Source: Candidatus Pacearchaeota archaeon (lineage in GTDB: Archaea; Nanobdellota; Nanobdellia; Pacearchaeales; GW2011-AR1). Taken from it: 64,000 bases of DNA. Position numbers and translations under genes: made by a program. How positions within the stretch are numbered: position 1 is the first letter of the stretch; each line of letters begins with the position of its first letter. The stretch is from positions 58,514-122,513 of the forward strand of contig JBEKXS010000001.1 of assembly GCA_049511795.1 (NCBI GenBank). The letters are read 5' to 3'. Shown here piece after piece: positions 9,633 to 18,479 of the stretch. Below the pieces are notes generated by a model that worked only from the letters and a program-made list of their open reading frames with translations, made no database searches and was not told the origin of the DNA.

Positions 9633-9860
9633 TTTTTTTATTTTTTAATATCTGTGTTGCGTTTTTTTGTTAGTTAGAAAAATAATAAAGATGAGTCCCT
9701 AAAGGGGAGGATTTATTCGAATATTATAAAGTTTTTACTAATTCTAGAATCTTAAAGAAAGGTTTTAAAAGCCAGTTATTTATAATAAAATCATGACAGC
9801 AATGTCCGATTACCGGCATAATTAGAAAAGATTTCTTTAGCTGTCGCTATTTTTCTGACA

Positions 9861-9874
9861 AGGTTTTTATACCA
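9861..9874 (+). promoter_or_regulatory. BRE/TATA-like box (AAGGTTTTTATACC) about 28 bp upstream of tRNA-His
   Basis: TTTTTATA centred about 26-28 nt before the tRNA 5' end, the typical archaeal spacing. Confidence 0.35.
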
Positions 9875-9895
9875 TTTTCACCTGAATTAAATAAT

Positions 9896-9967
9896 GGCGG
9901 TTGTAGTATAATGGCAGTACGTGCGGTTGTGGTCCGCAAGAAGAGAGTTCGATTCTCTCCTTCCGCC
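9896..9967 (+). tRNA. tRNA-His (GUG) with encoded G-1:C73. Acceptor stem carries two U-U mismatches.
   Basis: Cloverleaf folded by hand. D-stem GTAT/GTAC with GG in the loop. Anticodon arm TGCGG-TTGTGGT-CCGCA. T-arm GAGAG-TTCGATT-CTCTC. Extra 5' G pairs with discriminator C. Lies immediately upstream of hisS. Confidence 0.55.
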
Positions 9968-9987
9968 CTTGATATAAAGAGAATAAA

Positions 9988-11121
9988 ATGAACACAGAAC
10001 CAGTAAAGGGCTTCAGGGATTTTTCAGGCGAAGAAGCCGAGAAAAGAAGGGCAATAAAAGAAATTATAGTTGACACTTTTGAAAAATATGGTTTCGAGCC
10101 TGCTGAAACTCCAATAATAGAACAGGAAGAATTTGTTCGTGGAGAAAACAAAAGCGACGAAGCTGTTTCAGACATATTCAAACTGCAGGACAAAGGGAAG
10201 AGAAATCTTGCATTGAGATATGAACTTACATTCCAGCTGAAAAGATTGATGCAAAACAAAAAACTTCCTTACAAAAGATACCAGATAGGTGAAGTTTTCA
10301 GGGACGAGCCAATATCAAGCAATAGATTCAGGCAGTTTACCCAATGTGATATTGATGTTGTTGGTTCAACTGTTAAGAACGAAGCAGAAATTCTTGCACT
10401 ATGCAACGAGATAATGAAAAAAGTTGGAATTGATCCTGTAATTTTAATAAATAATCGCGAATTGTTAAATGAAATACTCGGCGATTTGGGAATTTCAAAA
10501 AATAAAGAGCAGGTTTTGAGAGAAATTGACAAATTTGAAAAAATAGGAGAAAAAGAAGTTATTACTAATTTAAAAAAATTAAATGCAGATAAAGTAATCA
10601 AGGCATTAAAGCAAGGAGAATCCTATTTTAAAAAATTCTCATCCTACAAAGAAATAATTTCTCTTATGGAATACTGCAAACTTTATGGTGTGAAAGTTCT
10701 GTTTTCTCCAACGCTTGTCCGTGGATTAAGCTATTACAACAAAAATGTTTTTGAAATTAAGGCAAAAAATGTCAAGGAAACACTTATCGCAGGAGGAAGC
10801 TATATGTTTAATGCTGTTCAATCAACAGGAGTTGCCTTCGGTTTGGACAGAATTGCAATTCTTGCCAAAATAAATGTTGAAAAAAATAAAATGCTGGTCA
10901 TTTCTTTGGAACAGGACAGAAAAGCGATAGAACTTGCGCAGAAATTAAGAGAAAAAGGCAAGATGGTCTCTGTTTATTATGGAAAGCCATCAAAAGCGCT
11001 TGATTATGCAAATTCATATGGAATAAATGAAGTTATATTTGTTGGTGAAAGAGAAATAAAGGAAAAAAAGTTCAAAATCAAGAATATGAAGACAGGCAAG
11101 GAAAGCGTTCTTAAAATTTAA
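9988..11121 (+). CDS. hisS: Histidyl-tRNA synthetase (class II)
   Basis: N-terminal VKGFRDFSGEEA and RYELTFQ class II HisRS motifs. Compact C-terminal anticodon-binding domain. Confidence 0.75.
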   Translation: MNTEPVKGFRDFSGEEAEKRRAIKEIIVDTFEKYGFEPAETPIIEQEEFVRGENKSDEAVSDIFKLQDKGKRNLALRYELTFQLKRLMQNKKLPYKRYQIGEVFRDEPISSNRFRQFTQCDIDVVGSTVKNEAEILALCNEIMKKVGIDPVILINNRELLNEILGDLGISKNKEQVLREIDKFEKIGEKEVITNLKKLNADKVIKALKQGESYFKKFSSYKEIISLMEYCKLYGVKVLFSPTLVRGLSYYNKNVFEIKAKNVKETLIAGGSYMFNAVQSTGVAFGLDRIAILAKINVEKNKMLVISLEQDRKAIELAQKLREKGKMVSVYYGKPSKALDYANSYGINEVIFVGEREIKEKKFKIKNMKTGKESVLKI

Positions 11122-11135
11122 AAACCTGTTTTTGT

Positions 11136-11960
11136 TTGTTATATTCTATGGCTGAAAAATCTGGTGATAATATTATTGAAGTAAAAAATCTGGTGAAGAA
11201 ATTCGGCGATTTTATTGCGGTTGCAAATATATCTTTTGAAGTTAAGCATGGCGAGATTTTTGCTTTTCTAGGACCCAATGGAGCAGGAAAGACAACAACA
11301 ATAAAGATGCTTACAACACTTCTTGACCCAAATTCAGGAACAATAAGTGTTAATGGATTTAACCCTGAAAAACAAAAAGATGAAACAAGAAAATCTTTCG
11401 GAATAGTTTTCCAGGATCCTAGTTTAGATGATGACTTGACTGCCATGGAAAATATGGAATTTCACGGAATATTTTACGGAGTTCCTGACAAAATAAGAAA
11501 AGAAAGAATAGAATATCTTCTGAAATTCGTTGGTTTGTGGGAAAGGAAAGATGATTTAGTCAAAAGATTTTCAGGAGGAATGAAAAGAAGGCTGGAAATC
11601 GCACGTGGATTGATACACCACCCTAAAATTTTGTTTCTGGATGAGCCAACTTTAGGACTTGATCCGCAAACCAGAAACCATCTGTGGGAATATATAAAAA
11701 AAATGAATAAAGATGAAGGAATGACTGTTTTTCTTACAACACATTATATGGATGAAGCAGACAGGGTTGCTGACAGAATAGCTGTGATAGACCATGGAAA
11801 AATAATCAGCAGAGGAACTTCTTCACAATTAAAAAAGGAAACAAAAACAAAGAATTTGGAAGATGCATTCTTGAAGCTTACAGGTCATGGAATTAGGGAT
11901 GAGGATGCCTCTGCTAAAGAACAATTTAAAAGTCATGCAAGGAGATGGAGGGGAAGATGA
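11136..11960 (+). CDS. ABC transporter ATP-binding protein (ABC-2 exporter type)
   Basis: Walker A GPNGAGKTTT, signature FSGGMKRRL, Walker B ILFLDEPTLGLDP. Confidence 0.75.
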   Translation: MLYSMAEKSGDNIIEVKNLVKKFGDFIAVANISFEVKHGEIFAFLGPNGAGKTTTIKMLTTLLDPNSGTISVNGFNPEKQKDETRKSFGIVFQDPSLDDDLTAMENMEFHGIFYGVPDKIRKERIEYLLKFVGLWERKDDLVKRFSGGMKRRLEIARGLIHHPKILFLDEPTLGLDPQTRNHLWEYIKKMNKDEGMTVFLTTHYMDEADRVADRIAVIDHGKIISRGTSSQLKKETKTKNLEDAFLKLTGHGIRDEDASAKEQFKSHARRWRGR

Positions 11961-12703
11961 ACTCACCGGTTTACATAATGTGGCTGAGGCAGGTAAAGAA
12001 ATACCTTCGCTCGAAATCAAGAATAATCGGCTCACTTGGACAGCCACTTTTATTTTTATTTGCATTAGGATTTGGCCTTGGGGGTCTTTACAAGCAAGCT
12101 GGAGGCGGAAGTTTCATAGATTTTTTAGTTCCTGGAATTATAGCAATGAGCATTTTATTCACAGCTATGTTTGCAGGGATAGAAGTTATCTGGGACAGGC
12201 AGTTTGGTTTTTTGAAAGAGACTCTGATTGCGCCTGTTTCAAGATTCAAGATAATGCTTGGAAGAACTTTTGGAGGAGCAACAACTGCAATTTTCCAGGG
12301 AATAATTGTTTTGGTTATTTCAATAATAATAGGATTCAGGCCTGATTTACTGCTTCTTCCTGTTGCATTACTGTTTATGGTTTTAATTGGATTGTTTTTC
12401 ACTTCTCTAGGAACAGCCCTTGCTTCAAAGCTTGAAGACATGCAGGGATTCCAGTTAATAATGAACTTTCTGATAATGCCAATATTCTTTCTTTCAGGAG
12501 CTCTTTTCCCATTAGCAACTGCACCTGAAGCATTGAAAATAGTTTCTTACTTCAATCCACTAACATATGGAGTTGACGGATTGCGCGGAGCCTTGACAGG
12601 TGTTTCACAATTTGGAATTCCTCTTGATTTAGGAGTAGGAATAGTTTTGACTGCAATTGTTCTTTGGATTGGAAGCGAACTGTTTTCAAAAATTCAGATA
12701 TAA
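11945..12703 (+). CDS. ABC-2 family transporter permease
   Basis: Six predicted TM segments. Overlaps the ATPase gene by 16 nt. Confidence 0.6.
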   Translation: MEGKMNSPVYIMWLRQVKKYLRSKSRIIGSLGQPLLFLFALGFGLGGLYKQAGGGSFIDFLVPGIIAMSILFTAMFAGIEVIWDRQFGFLKETLIAPVSRFKIMLGRTFGGATTAIFQGIIVLVISIIIGFRPDLLLLPVALLFMVLIGLFFTSLGTALASKLEDMQGFQLIMNFLIMPIFFLSGALFPLATAPEALKIVSYFNPLTYGVDGLRGALTGVSQFGIPLDLGVGIVLTAIVLWIGSELFSKIQI

Positions 12704-12706
12704 AAA

Positions 12707-13327
12707 ATGAAAACGCTTACATTAAAAGAGTGGAAAAAAGATATATCAGACAATAAAGGAAAAATACTTTTGTCTATATTATTTCTTATTATAGCTTATC
12801 TATTAACAGTTCTTTCTGGAAATTATGTGGACCAAACAAAGGCTGTTTCTGTTCCAGACCTTATTTTGGATCATATTCCGGTTATTAATTTAAGTCCTAT
12901 ATTTCTATATGGAATCTGGATTGTGATAATAGTATTTCTCCTTTACCCCATACTTTACAAACCAAAGAAAATTTATTATGCTGTAGGAATGCTGAGTTTA
13001 TTTTTATGTATAAGAGCTGGTTTTCTTGTTCTAACGCATTTGAAAGCTCCAGTAGGAGCAATTAGTATTCCTGCTACAGGAATTCTTGCATTTTTGTCAT
13101 ACAGCAATGATTTGTTTTTCTCTGGTCATACAGGACTTCCATTTTTAGGTTTTCTTATTTTTGACAACAAGAAAATAAAATATTTTATGCTTTTTTCATC
13201 AATAATTCTTGCCATAACAAGCTTGCTAATGCATGTTCACTATTCAATAGACATCGCAAGTGCTTATTTCATAACTTATGGTATATATAAGATTGGAAAC
13301 AAAATATTTCTTGACTGGAAGATATAA
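12707..13327 (+). CDS. Integral membrane protein, tentatively PAP2-like lipid phosphatase
   Basis: Multiple TM helices. FFSGHTG and HVHYSIDIA loosely match PAP2 motifs 2 and 3. Confidence 0.3.
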   Translation: MKTLTLKEWKKDISDNKGKILLSILFLIIAYLLTVLSGNYVDQTKAVSVPDLILDHIPVINLSPIFLYGIWIVIIVFLLYPILYKPKKIYYAVGMLSLFLCIRAGFLVLTHLKAPVGAISIPATGILAFLSYSNDLFFSGHTGLPFLGFLIFDNKKIKYFMLFSSIILAITSLLMHVHYSIDIASAYFITYGIYKIGNKIFLDWKI

Positions 13328-13336
13328 AAACAAAAT

Positions 13337-13585
13337 TCAAACTTTTTTTCGCCAATCTACGTAACGATATCTGCCTGCAACTCTGCCGTGCCAGAGTTCT
13401 ATTATTTTTACAAGAACCAAAGTAAGAAATATCATGACAGAAGCAGGAAACATCCATGCAAATAAGTTGTCAATCATGATTGTTGGACCTTTTATTAAAA
13501 ATAAATAAAGACCTGATGCAACTGCAAAAATAAGCGCTGCAATAATTTCTGCATTTATATCCTGATTTAATAATTTATCAAGCAT
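13337..13585 (-). CDS. Small membrane protein (2 TM)
   Basis: 82 aa with two hydrophobic helices. Confidence 0.3.
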   Translation of the reverse strand: MLDKLLNQDINAEIIAALIFAVASGLYLFLIKGPTIMIDNLFAWMFPASVMIFLTLVLVKIIELWHGRVAGRYRYVDWRKKV

Positions 13586-13631
13586 AAATGGAAAAAAACA
13601 ACTCTAGTTTAAAAAATTATCTCAAAATTTC

Positions 13632-14300
13632 TCATGCAACTTCAATTTCCATTCTCCAAGTGTTATTCTCTCCTGTGAAATCAGCGCCAAGAACCTTCAG
13701 TGGGCGCTTAAAAAGAGGGCATTCAAGAACAAAGCTTTCAAATTCCCCGCCTTCACCTGCAACATGAATTTTATACTTCTCATGTATTTTTGTCACATCT
13801 TCTATAAATTTTTCATCAACAACTCTTCCCAACCAGGATGCATTCAATGGATAAGCTGCCACTCCAATTATTATAACTTTGAATTTGCTGTTTATTATAT
13901 CTCTTAAATATTGGAATTCATCCTTATGCCACAATGGATTGACACATGCAATACCAAGATTGTCGCATATTTTCTGGATTCTTGAAGCCTGATATTGTGA
14001 ATGTAATGCACCGGTAATTATTCCTTCTATTTTGTATTTCTTTACAGCATTTTTTATTGCATCTTGCAAATCTTTGAGCTCATCTTCCTTAACTCCCTTT
14101 GTTGTTGCAACCATCAAAGGCAATCCCATGACTTCTGCCTGCTTTTCTGTTTTTCCTATTGATGCAGTATGAAACATGTAGCTTTCAGGATTTTCTGAAT
14201 GGATTGTTATAAGGCAAGCTATGTCATGGCCTGCTTTCTTAGCGAGATAAGTTGCCATTGTTGAATCTTTTCCGCCTGAGAACAAAACTCCAAGTTTCAT
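13632..14300 (-). CDS. PP-loop ATPase of the MJ0570 / diphthine-ammonia ligase (Dph6-like) family
   Basis: N-terminal VLFSGGKDS PP-loop. Length and pattern fit the archaeal MJ0570 family. Confidence 0.55.
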   Translation of the reverse strand: MKLGVLFSGGKDSTMATYLAKKAGHDIACLITIHSENPESYMFHTASIGKTEKQAEVMGLPLMVATTKGVKEDELKDLQDAIKNAVKKYKIEGIITGALHSQYQASRIQKICDNLGIACVNPLWHKDEFQYLRDIINSKFKVIIIGVAAYPLNASWLGRVVDEKFIEDVTKIHEKYKIHVAGEGGEFESFVLECPLFKRPLKVLGADFTGENNTWRMEIEVA

Positions 14301-14421
14301 GAAAATTACAAGATAGTCTGGTTTTTAAGATATTTTGTGTTGGTATATAAGTGTTGTGATAACATTTATATGAAATCTATATAAGATTAGAGTATAATTG
14401 GATATTCATGTATTTTGCTAG

Positions 14422-15459
14422 CTAATCCTTTTTTCCGTGTGCAATGCTTTCATTAAAGCCGGCAGAACTTATCTCAATAAAATCAGCTTTTCCTATAAGA
14501 TTGTTCATCTCTTTTGCTCCAATATAAGTCATTCCAGAAGCAAAACTTCCGAGAAAATCTCTGACTATTGGTTCTATTGGTCCTTTGCAAGGAACAAGAG
14601 TTTTTTCCCCTTCAACACTTATTACTTCTGGCTTTTCTCCATCTAATTCTTTCTTTTTTATAGTCATATCATAACTGGCAGAACCCCTATAAATCTTGAG
14701 CTTTTGTCCATCTTTTTCAATAATTTCTCCAGGAGTTTCATCTGTTCCTGCAAAAATGCTTCCGCACATTACAGTATCTGCACCAGCACCAATTGCTTTT
14801 ACAACATCTGCAGGTCTTCTTATCCCACTATCTGCACAAATAGGTATTTCCCCCTTGATTGCCTCATAAACATCCATTATAGCTGTAATTTGGGGTATTC
14901 CCGCTCCTGCTTTTAATCTTGTTGTACATAAACTGCCTGCCCCTATTCCAACTTTCACAGCATCTGCGCCTTTACTTAAAAAATATTCTGCAGCGTCCTT
15001 TGTTGCGATATTTCCTGCCATAATATCAACATTTGGATATTTTTCTTTAAGATGTTCAAGCGTTTTTCCTGCATATTTTGAATGCCCGTGTGCAATATCT
15101 ATGACAAGAATGTTTACTCCTGCAGAAACTAGCGCCTCTGCACGTTCTTCAACATCTTTCACTCCGATTGCAGCTGCACAGATTAAATTCTCTGCCTTGA
15201 CTTTTCTGACTTCATTTGCTTGCTGCTCTATTGTCATGAACCTATGCAAAACTCCCAAACCCCCTAACTTTCCCAAGGCAATTGCCATTCTTGACTCGCA
15301 AACAGTATCCATATTTGCAGCAACAAGAGGAATATCTATAGAGTAATTTCTTGTAACTCTTGTCTTGAAAGAAACATCTTTTCGCGAAAGAATTTTGTTG
15401 TATTTTGGAACAATAAGAACATCATCATAAGAATATCCTTTTCCTATTATTCGTGCCAT
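14422..15459 (-). CDS. IMP dehydrogenase / GMP reductase family protein (no CBS subdomain)
   Basis: [11 protein letters not shown] catalytic loop. Phosphate-binding GS/GG motifs. 345 aa without the CBS pair. Confidence 0.65.
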   Translation of the reverse strand: MARIIGKGYSYDDVLIVPKYNKILSRKDVSFKTRVTRNYSIDIPLVAANMDTVCESRMAIALGKLGGLGVLHRFMTIEQQANEVRKVKAENLICAAAIGVKDVEERAEALVSAGVNILVIDIAHGHSKYAGKTLEHLKEKYPNVDIMAGNIATKDAAEYFLSKGADAVKVGIGAGSLCTTRLKAGAGIPQITAIMDVYEAIKGEIPICADSGIRRPADVVKAIGAGADTVMCGSIFAGTDETPGEIIEKDGQKLKIYRGSASYDMTIKKKELDGEKPEVISVEGEKTLVPCKGPIEPIVRDFLGSFASGMTYIGAKEMNNLIGKADFIEISSAGFNESIAHGKKD

Positions 15460-15515
15460 ACCATAGGATTACAATTTTTTCCAGTATTTATAGGTTGTTA
15501 TAAAAAATATTATAT

Positions 15516-16430
15516 TTAGTCAGCCATGTCGCCAAGAGGCTTGTCAAACTTTTCATTAATCTCATAAAGCCTTTCTTCTTGCTCTTCATCAAGGTTTTCA
15601 ATTTGCTCTTCAAGCTCTTTTTTTAGCTCTGCATAAGGGTCAGGGTTGTTTTTAAAATAAGTTTCATTCATCCAGATGTCAAAATCATTGAACTGGCTCT
15701 GTTGTTCCAACCAAACCTTGTTTTGATGGTCAAGATGAAGCAAAGGAGAAAATGAAACAATCCTGTCATCTTTTTTTGTCCCGACAAAATCAGTGAATGA
15801 AATCTTTGTCTTGCTGTTGTCTTTGCTGAAGTAATCAACAAGCTTTTCATAAAGCTCTCGGATTTTGTCTGTTATATTGAATTTTCTGTGGGGCATGGAA
15901 ACATCGACTTCCCTGAGCGCGTTCTTGTTCACAATTTCTTTTTTTATTCTTCTGTTTTCTGTTATAATTGCCTTGTTAAGGGAATCCATAAGCTCCTGCA
16001 AAGTAACTCTTTTGAATCTTGGCATAGGGCTTTTTGGAACAAGCTCTGGAATGAATTCATCAAGCTCAATCCTCTCCATTTCATATTTTTTCTCCTCTTT
16101 TCTCCCAAACAAGATGTCGTCAATTGATTTTATGTATTTGTTGAGAAGAATTTCTGATTTAATTCTCAAAAGAAGAGCTGCTGCAAGAAGAACTTTGCTT
16201 GAAACAAAGAAATCAGCCTCTTCAAGGCTCTTTATCTTGTCAAGATATTTGTCTGTGAGGGTAACTATGTTTATGTTCCATGGGTCAAGCTGCTCTGTAT
16301 TGATAAGATCATAAATGATTTCCTGCCAGCCGATTTCCCTGCTGAAAAGCAAGTCGTGAATTTGCTCCTGCTTTACAGAAGGCTGGGCAGTTTTTTCAAC
16401 TTCCCCATCTTTTTGCACTCTTTTTTCCAT
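15516..16430 (-). CDS. scpA: Segregation and condensation protein A (ScpA kleisin)
   Basis: N-terminal pattern ...LDPWNINIVTLTDKYLDKIKSLEEADFFVSSKVLLAAALLLRIKSEILL is typical of ScpA. Confidence 0.6.
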   Translation of the reverse strand: MEKRVQKDGEVEKTAQPSVKQEQIHDLLFSREIGWQEIIYDLINTEQLDPWNINIVTLTDKYLDKIKSLEEADFFVSSKVLLAAALLLRIKSEILLNKYIKSIDDILFGRKEEKKYEMERIELDEFIPELVPKSPMPRFKRVTLQELMDSLNKAIITENRRIKKEIVNKNALREVDVSMPHRKFNITDKIRELYEKLVDYFSKDNSKTKISFTDFVGTKKDDRIVSFSPLLHLDHQNKVWLEQQSQFNDFDIWMNETYFKNNPDPYAELKKELEEQIENLDEEQEERLYEINEKFDKPLGDMAD

Positions 16431-16486
16431 GTAATCAATATAATAAACAGGAACTTATAAATTCTATTAAGCTGAAATATAATTGT

Positions 16487-16614
16487 GTAGTGCCTAACTT
16501 AAATATGTTGTAGTACCTACATATAGCTCTGCACGGAAATAGGCTTAGATTTCGTGCAAAGTCACCTACATATATTCAGTGTAGTGCCTGAAATGTTTAT
16601 TTGTAGTACCTAAA
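16487..16614 (+). repeat. Two ~40-bp direct repeat units, each containing GTAGTGCCTAA and GTAGTACCTA half-sites about 21-23 bp apart. A ~9-bp hairpin (16531..16559) lies between the units.
   Basis: Copies at 16487-16497, 16511-16520, 16582-16590, 16604-16614. Reverse-complement copies at 42462-42472 and 42485-42495. Confidence 0.6.
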
Positions 16615-16824
16615 GAACCCAGATACAGAATTAATTAATTACTACTCTAGGTTAATCAATGGATGTCATTTTTCAAGAGTAACAGAGACGAAACATTTAA
16701 ATATGAGCAGGACGTCAGGTTTTTATCACCTCTTTTTCCCCAGGAGACGCTTCAGACCACACTAATTTAAGAGGCCTGAAGCACTCCCGAGGGTTCATAA
16801 TCGATTTAGAAAAAATTGATATTG

Positions 16825-16868
16825 CGGGCTTATTAAGATTCAGTATTTTTATTGATTGCTTGCCCGCG
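16825..16868 (+). terminator. Element E2, a near-copy of E1 (GCGGGCTTATTAAG...GCTTGCCCGC), followed by GATTTTTTAT. Terminator-like hairpin.
   Basis: Shares GGGCTTATTAAG and TGCTTGCCC blocks with 1856..1895. Followed by a T-run. Sits at the end of a 488-bp ORF-free region. Confidence 0.3.
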
Positions 16869-16918
16869 TGATTTTTTATCACAACAAAATTTTAATACAT
16901 TCAATTTAGAAAATAATA

Positions 16919-17197
16919 ATGACAGAAAGCCATTATTCTGAAGCAGAACGCAGAGATTTTAGCAATATAATAGAAGCAACTGAAAAATGCTATGCTGCAC
17001 AAGTAAAACAAGGTTATTGGTGGTATACTAATTGCACAAAAGATGAGCTCGAAAAAGTTAAACAAAAAGTGGTTGCAGATGGTCTCGAATTTATTGTTGG
17101 GAACACTGCTTTTGAGAATTTAATTAAAGGTAAAACGATGAAAGGAAAATGCGCTGTTTTAGTAAGGAAAAAAAGAAGAGAGAGTAGATATCCGTAA
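16919..17197 (+). CDS. Hypothetical protein
   Basis: 92-aa ORF. Confidence 0.3.
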   Translation: MTESHYSEAERRDFSNIIEATEKCYAAQVKQGYWWYTNCTKDELEKVKQKVVADGLEFIVGNTAFENLIKGKTMKGKCAVLVRKKRRESRYP

Positions 17198-17230
17198 ATA
17201 ACATCTTTCATAACAATTAATCTTTTAAGC

Positions 17231-17572
17231 TTGGATTTTTTCTTTATATCTATGTCAGACTCTTTAGAAGAAGTTGCCCATTGGAAATTGAGAATTAAAG
17301 AGGATGCATTGAAGGGGCTAATGATAGGAGTTAGAAACACTGCAAAAGCTTTTCTAGAAGATAAGACTGTAGTTGAAGTTAAAAGAATAGATATAGAAGC
17401 AGATTCACATAGAATAGACAGTACAATTGATATAGGAATATATGTAAAAAAGAAAGTTGGTGAAGTATATCCTGCTAATCTTGTAGGAATGATAGCACAT
17501 GATATAAATAACCGGTTTGGCGCTCTTGTTTATCAAGAATATAGAAGAGAAGATTTTACTTCTTCCCCGTAA
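17231..17572 (+). CDS. Hypothetical protein
   Basis: 113-aa ORF. The true start is possibly an internal Met. Confidence 0.3.
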   Translation: MDFFFISMSDSLEEVAHWKLRIKEDALKGLMIGVRNTAKAFLEDKTVVEVKRIDIEADSHRIDSTIDIGIYVKKKVGEVYPANLVGMIAHDINNRFGALVYQEYRREDFTSSP

Positions 17573-17759
17573 ATTCAGAGTAATGGCATTTTCCGCAGTA
17601 AGCTCTTCCTTGTGAGATCATAAGGAAAACTCCTGGTCCGCATCTTGGGCAGAAACGCTCACGCTTAACAACATCGCCTTCAATTTTGTACTTAGTATAT
17701 TTCTTGCTTGTTGGCTTGTTCTTGTGCGGTTTTTTTCCTTTCTTTTTTTCTTTTGCCAT
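17556..17759 (-). CDS. rps27ae: Ribosomal protein S27a (eS31), zinc-ribbon
   Basis: Basic N-terminus plus CPRCG...CGKC zinc ribbon. 67 aa. Confidence 0.65.
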   Translation of the reverse strand: MAKEKKKGKKPHKNKPTSKKYTKYKIEGDVVKRERFCPRCGPGVFLMISQGRAYCGKCHYSEFTGKK

Positions 17760-17779
17760 TTTTTATTTTTGTTAATTAT

Positions 17780-18073
17780 TTATTTTGCAGGAGCTGCTTT
17801 TTCCTTAACAGCGCCTTCTTTTTTCTTCTTGACTTCAACTATGTTTTTTTCTTTCTCAGAAGTGTAAACATTTGCCTCTATTGTGAATGTCTTTTTCCCA
17901 AAATTTCCTCTTATATTCTTTATTTTTATATTTTCCACAGGAGAGGAGAACTTTTTTGAAATTACTTCAAGAATCTGGACTCTGCTTGGGTTTATTTCTG
18001 ATTCTACAGTGCCCTTGACTTCTTTTCTTCCGAAAAGAGGGTTATTTTTTTCTTCAAGAATTTTAATTTCCAT
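17780..18073 (-). CDS. rps24e: Ribosomal protein S24e
   Basis: MEIKILEEKNNPLFGRKEV...NIRGNFGK matches the conserved S24e start. Confidence 0.65.
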   Translation of the reverse strand: MEIKILEEKNNPLFGRKEVKGTVESEINPSRVQILEVISKKFSSPVENIKIKNIRGNFGKKTFTIEANVYTSEKEKNIVEVKKKKEGAVKEKAAPAK

Positions 18074-18090
18074 TTTATTTTTATGTTTGC

Positions 18091-18279
18091 TTATCTTGTC
18101 TTAATTGCAAAGTTTCCCTTGTCCTTTATGTTTAGTTTTTTTGCAATCTCTGATTTTTCAGGATTCAATACCTGAATTCTTCCCTTGAAACCTTCTATTG
18201 ATTCTTTTGAGCCGCATTTAGGGCATTTTTCTCCTTCATAAATTGAATTGCAAACTCTACATGCTTTTTGTTTAGGCAT
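18091..18279 (-). CDS. spt4: Transcription elongation factor Spt4 / RNAP subunit E''
   Basis: 62 aa with a CRVC...CPKCG zinc ribbon. Conserved position next to rpoE' and S24e/S27a. Confidence 0.6.
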   Translation of the reverse strand: MPKQKACRVCNSIYEGEKCPKCGSKESIEGFKGRIQVLNPEKSEIAKKLNIKDKGNFAIKTR

Positions 18280-18478
18280 CTTGAACTGCTCCTTCTATAC
18301 CAGATGTTGGATTATTTAATTTTAACGCTGTTTTTTCACTTGGAAATCTCTTTGTGTATGCTTCAAATATATAAGGAAAACATTCTTCTTCTGTTGGATA
18401 TAACTTTTTTAATCTTGCAACTTCTTCTTCAGGCAATTGGCTTGCATAGAATCTGACTCCCTGTTCAAGTCCTGTCAT
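18272..18478 (-). CDS. Hypothetical small protein
   Basis: 68-aa ORF in an operon with rpoE' and spt4. Confidence 0.3.
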   Translation of the reverse strand: MTGLEQGVRFYASQLPEEEVARLKKLYPTEEECFPYIFEAYTKRFPSEKTALKLNNPTSGIEGAVQDA

Positions 18479-18479
18479 T

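Noticed and set aside
16487-16614. Possible CRISPR array (repeated 11-13-bp motif with spacers)
   Set aside because: Only four copies, of two sequence variants. Spacing is irregular (21, 60, 23 bp). Repeats are far shorter than CRISPR repeats. No cas genes nearby.
16780-16810. tRNA-like T-arm (GGGTTCATAATCG)
   Set aside because: No complementary T-stem, acceptor or anticodon arm can be built around it.
16825-16868. RNase P RNA CR-V-like CGGGCTTAT in element E2
   Set aside because: The same block also occurs in E1 at an unrelated locus. No CR-I (AGGAAAGTCCGGGC) or other RNase P conserved regions are visible nearby.
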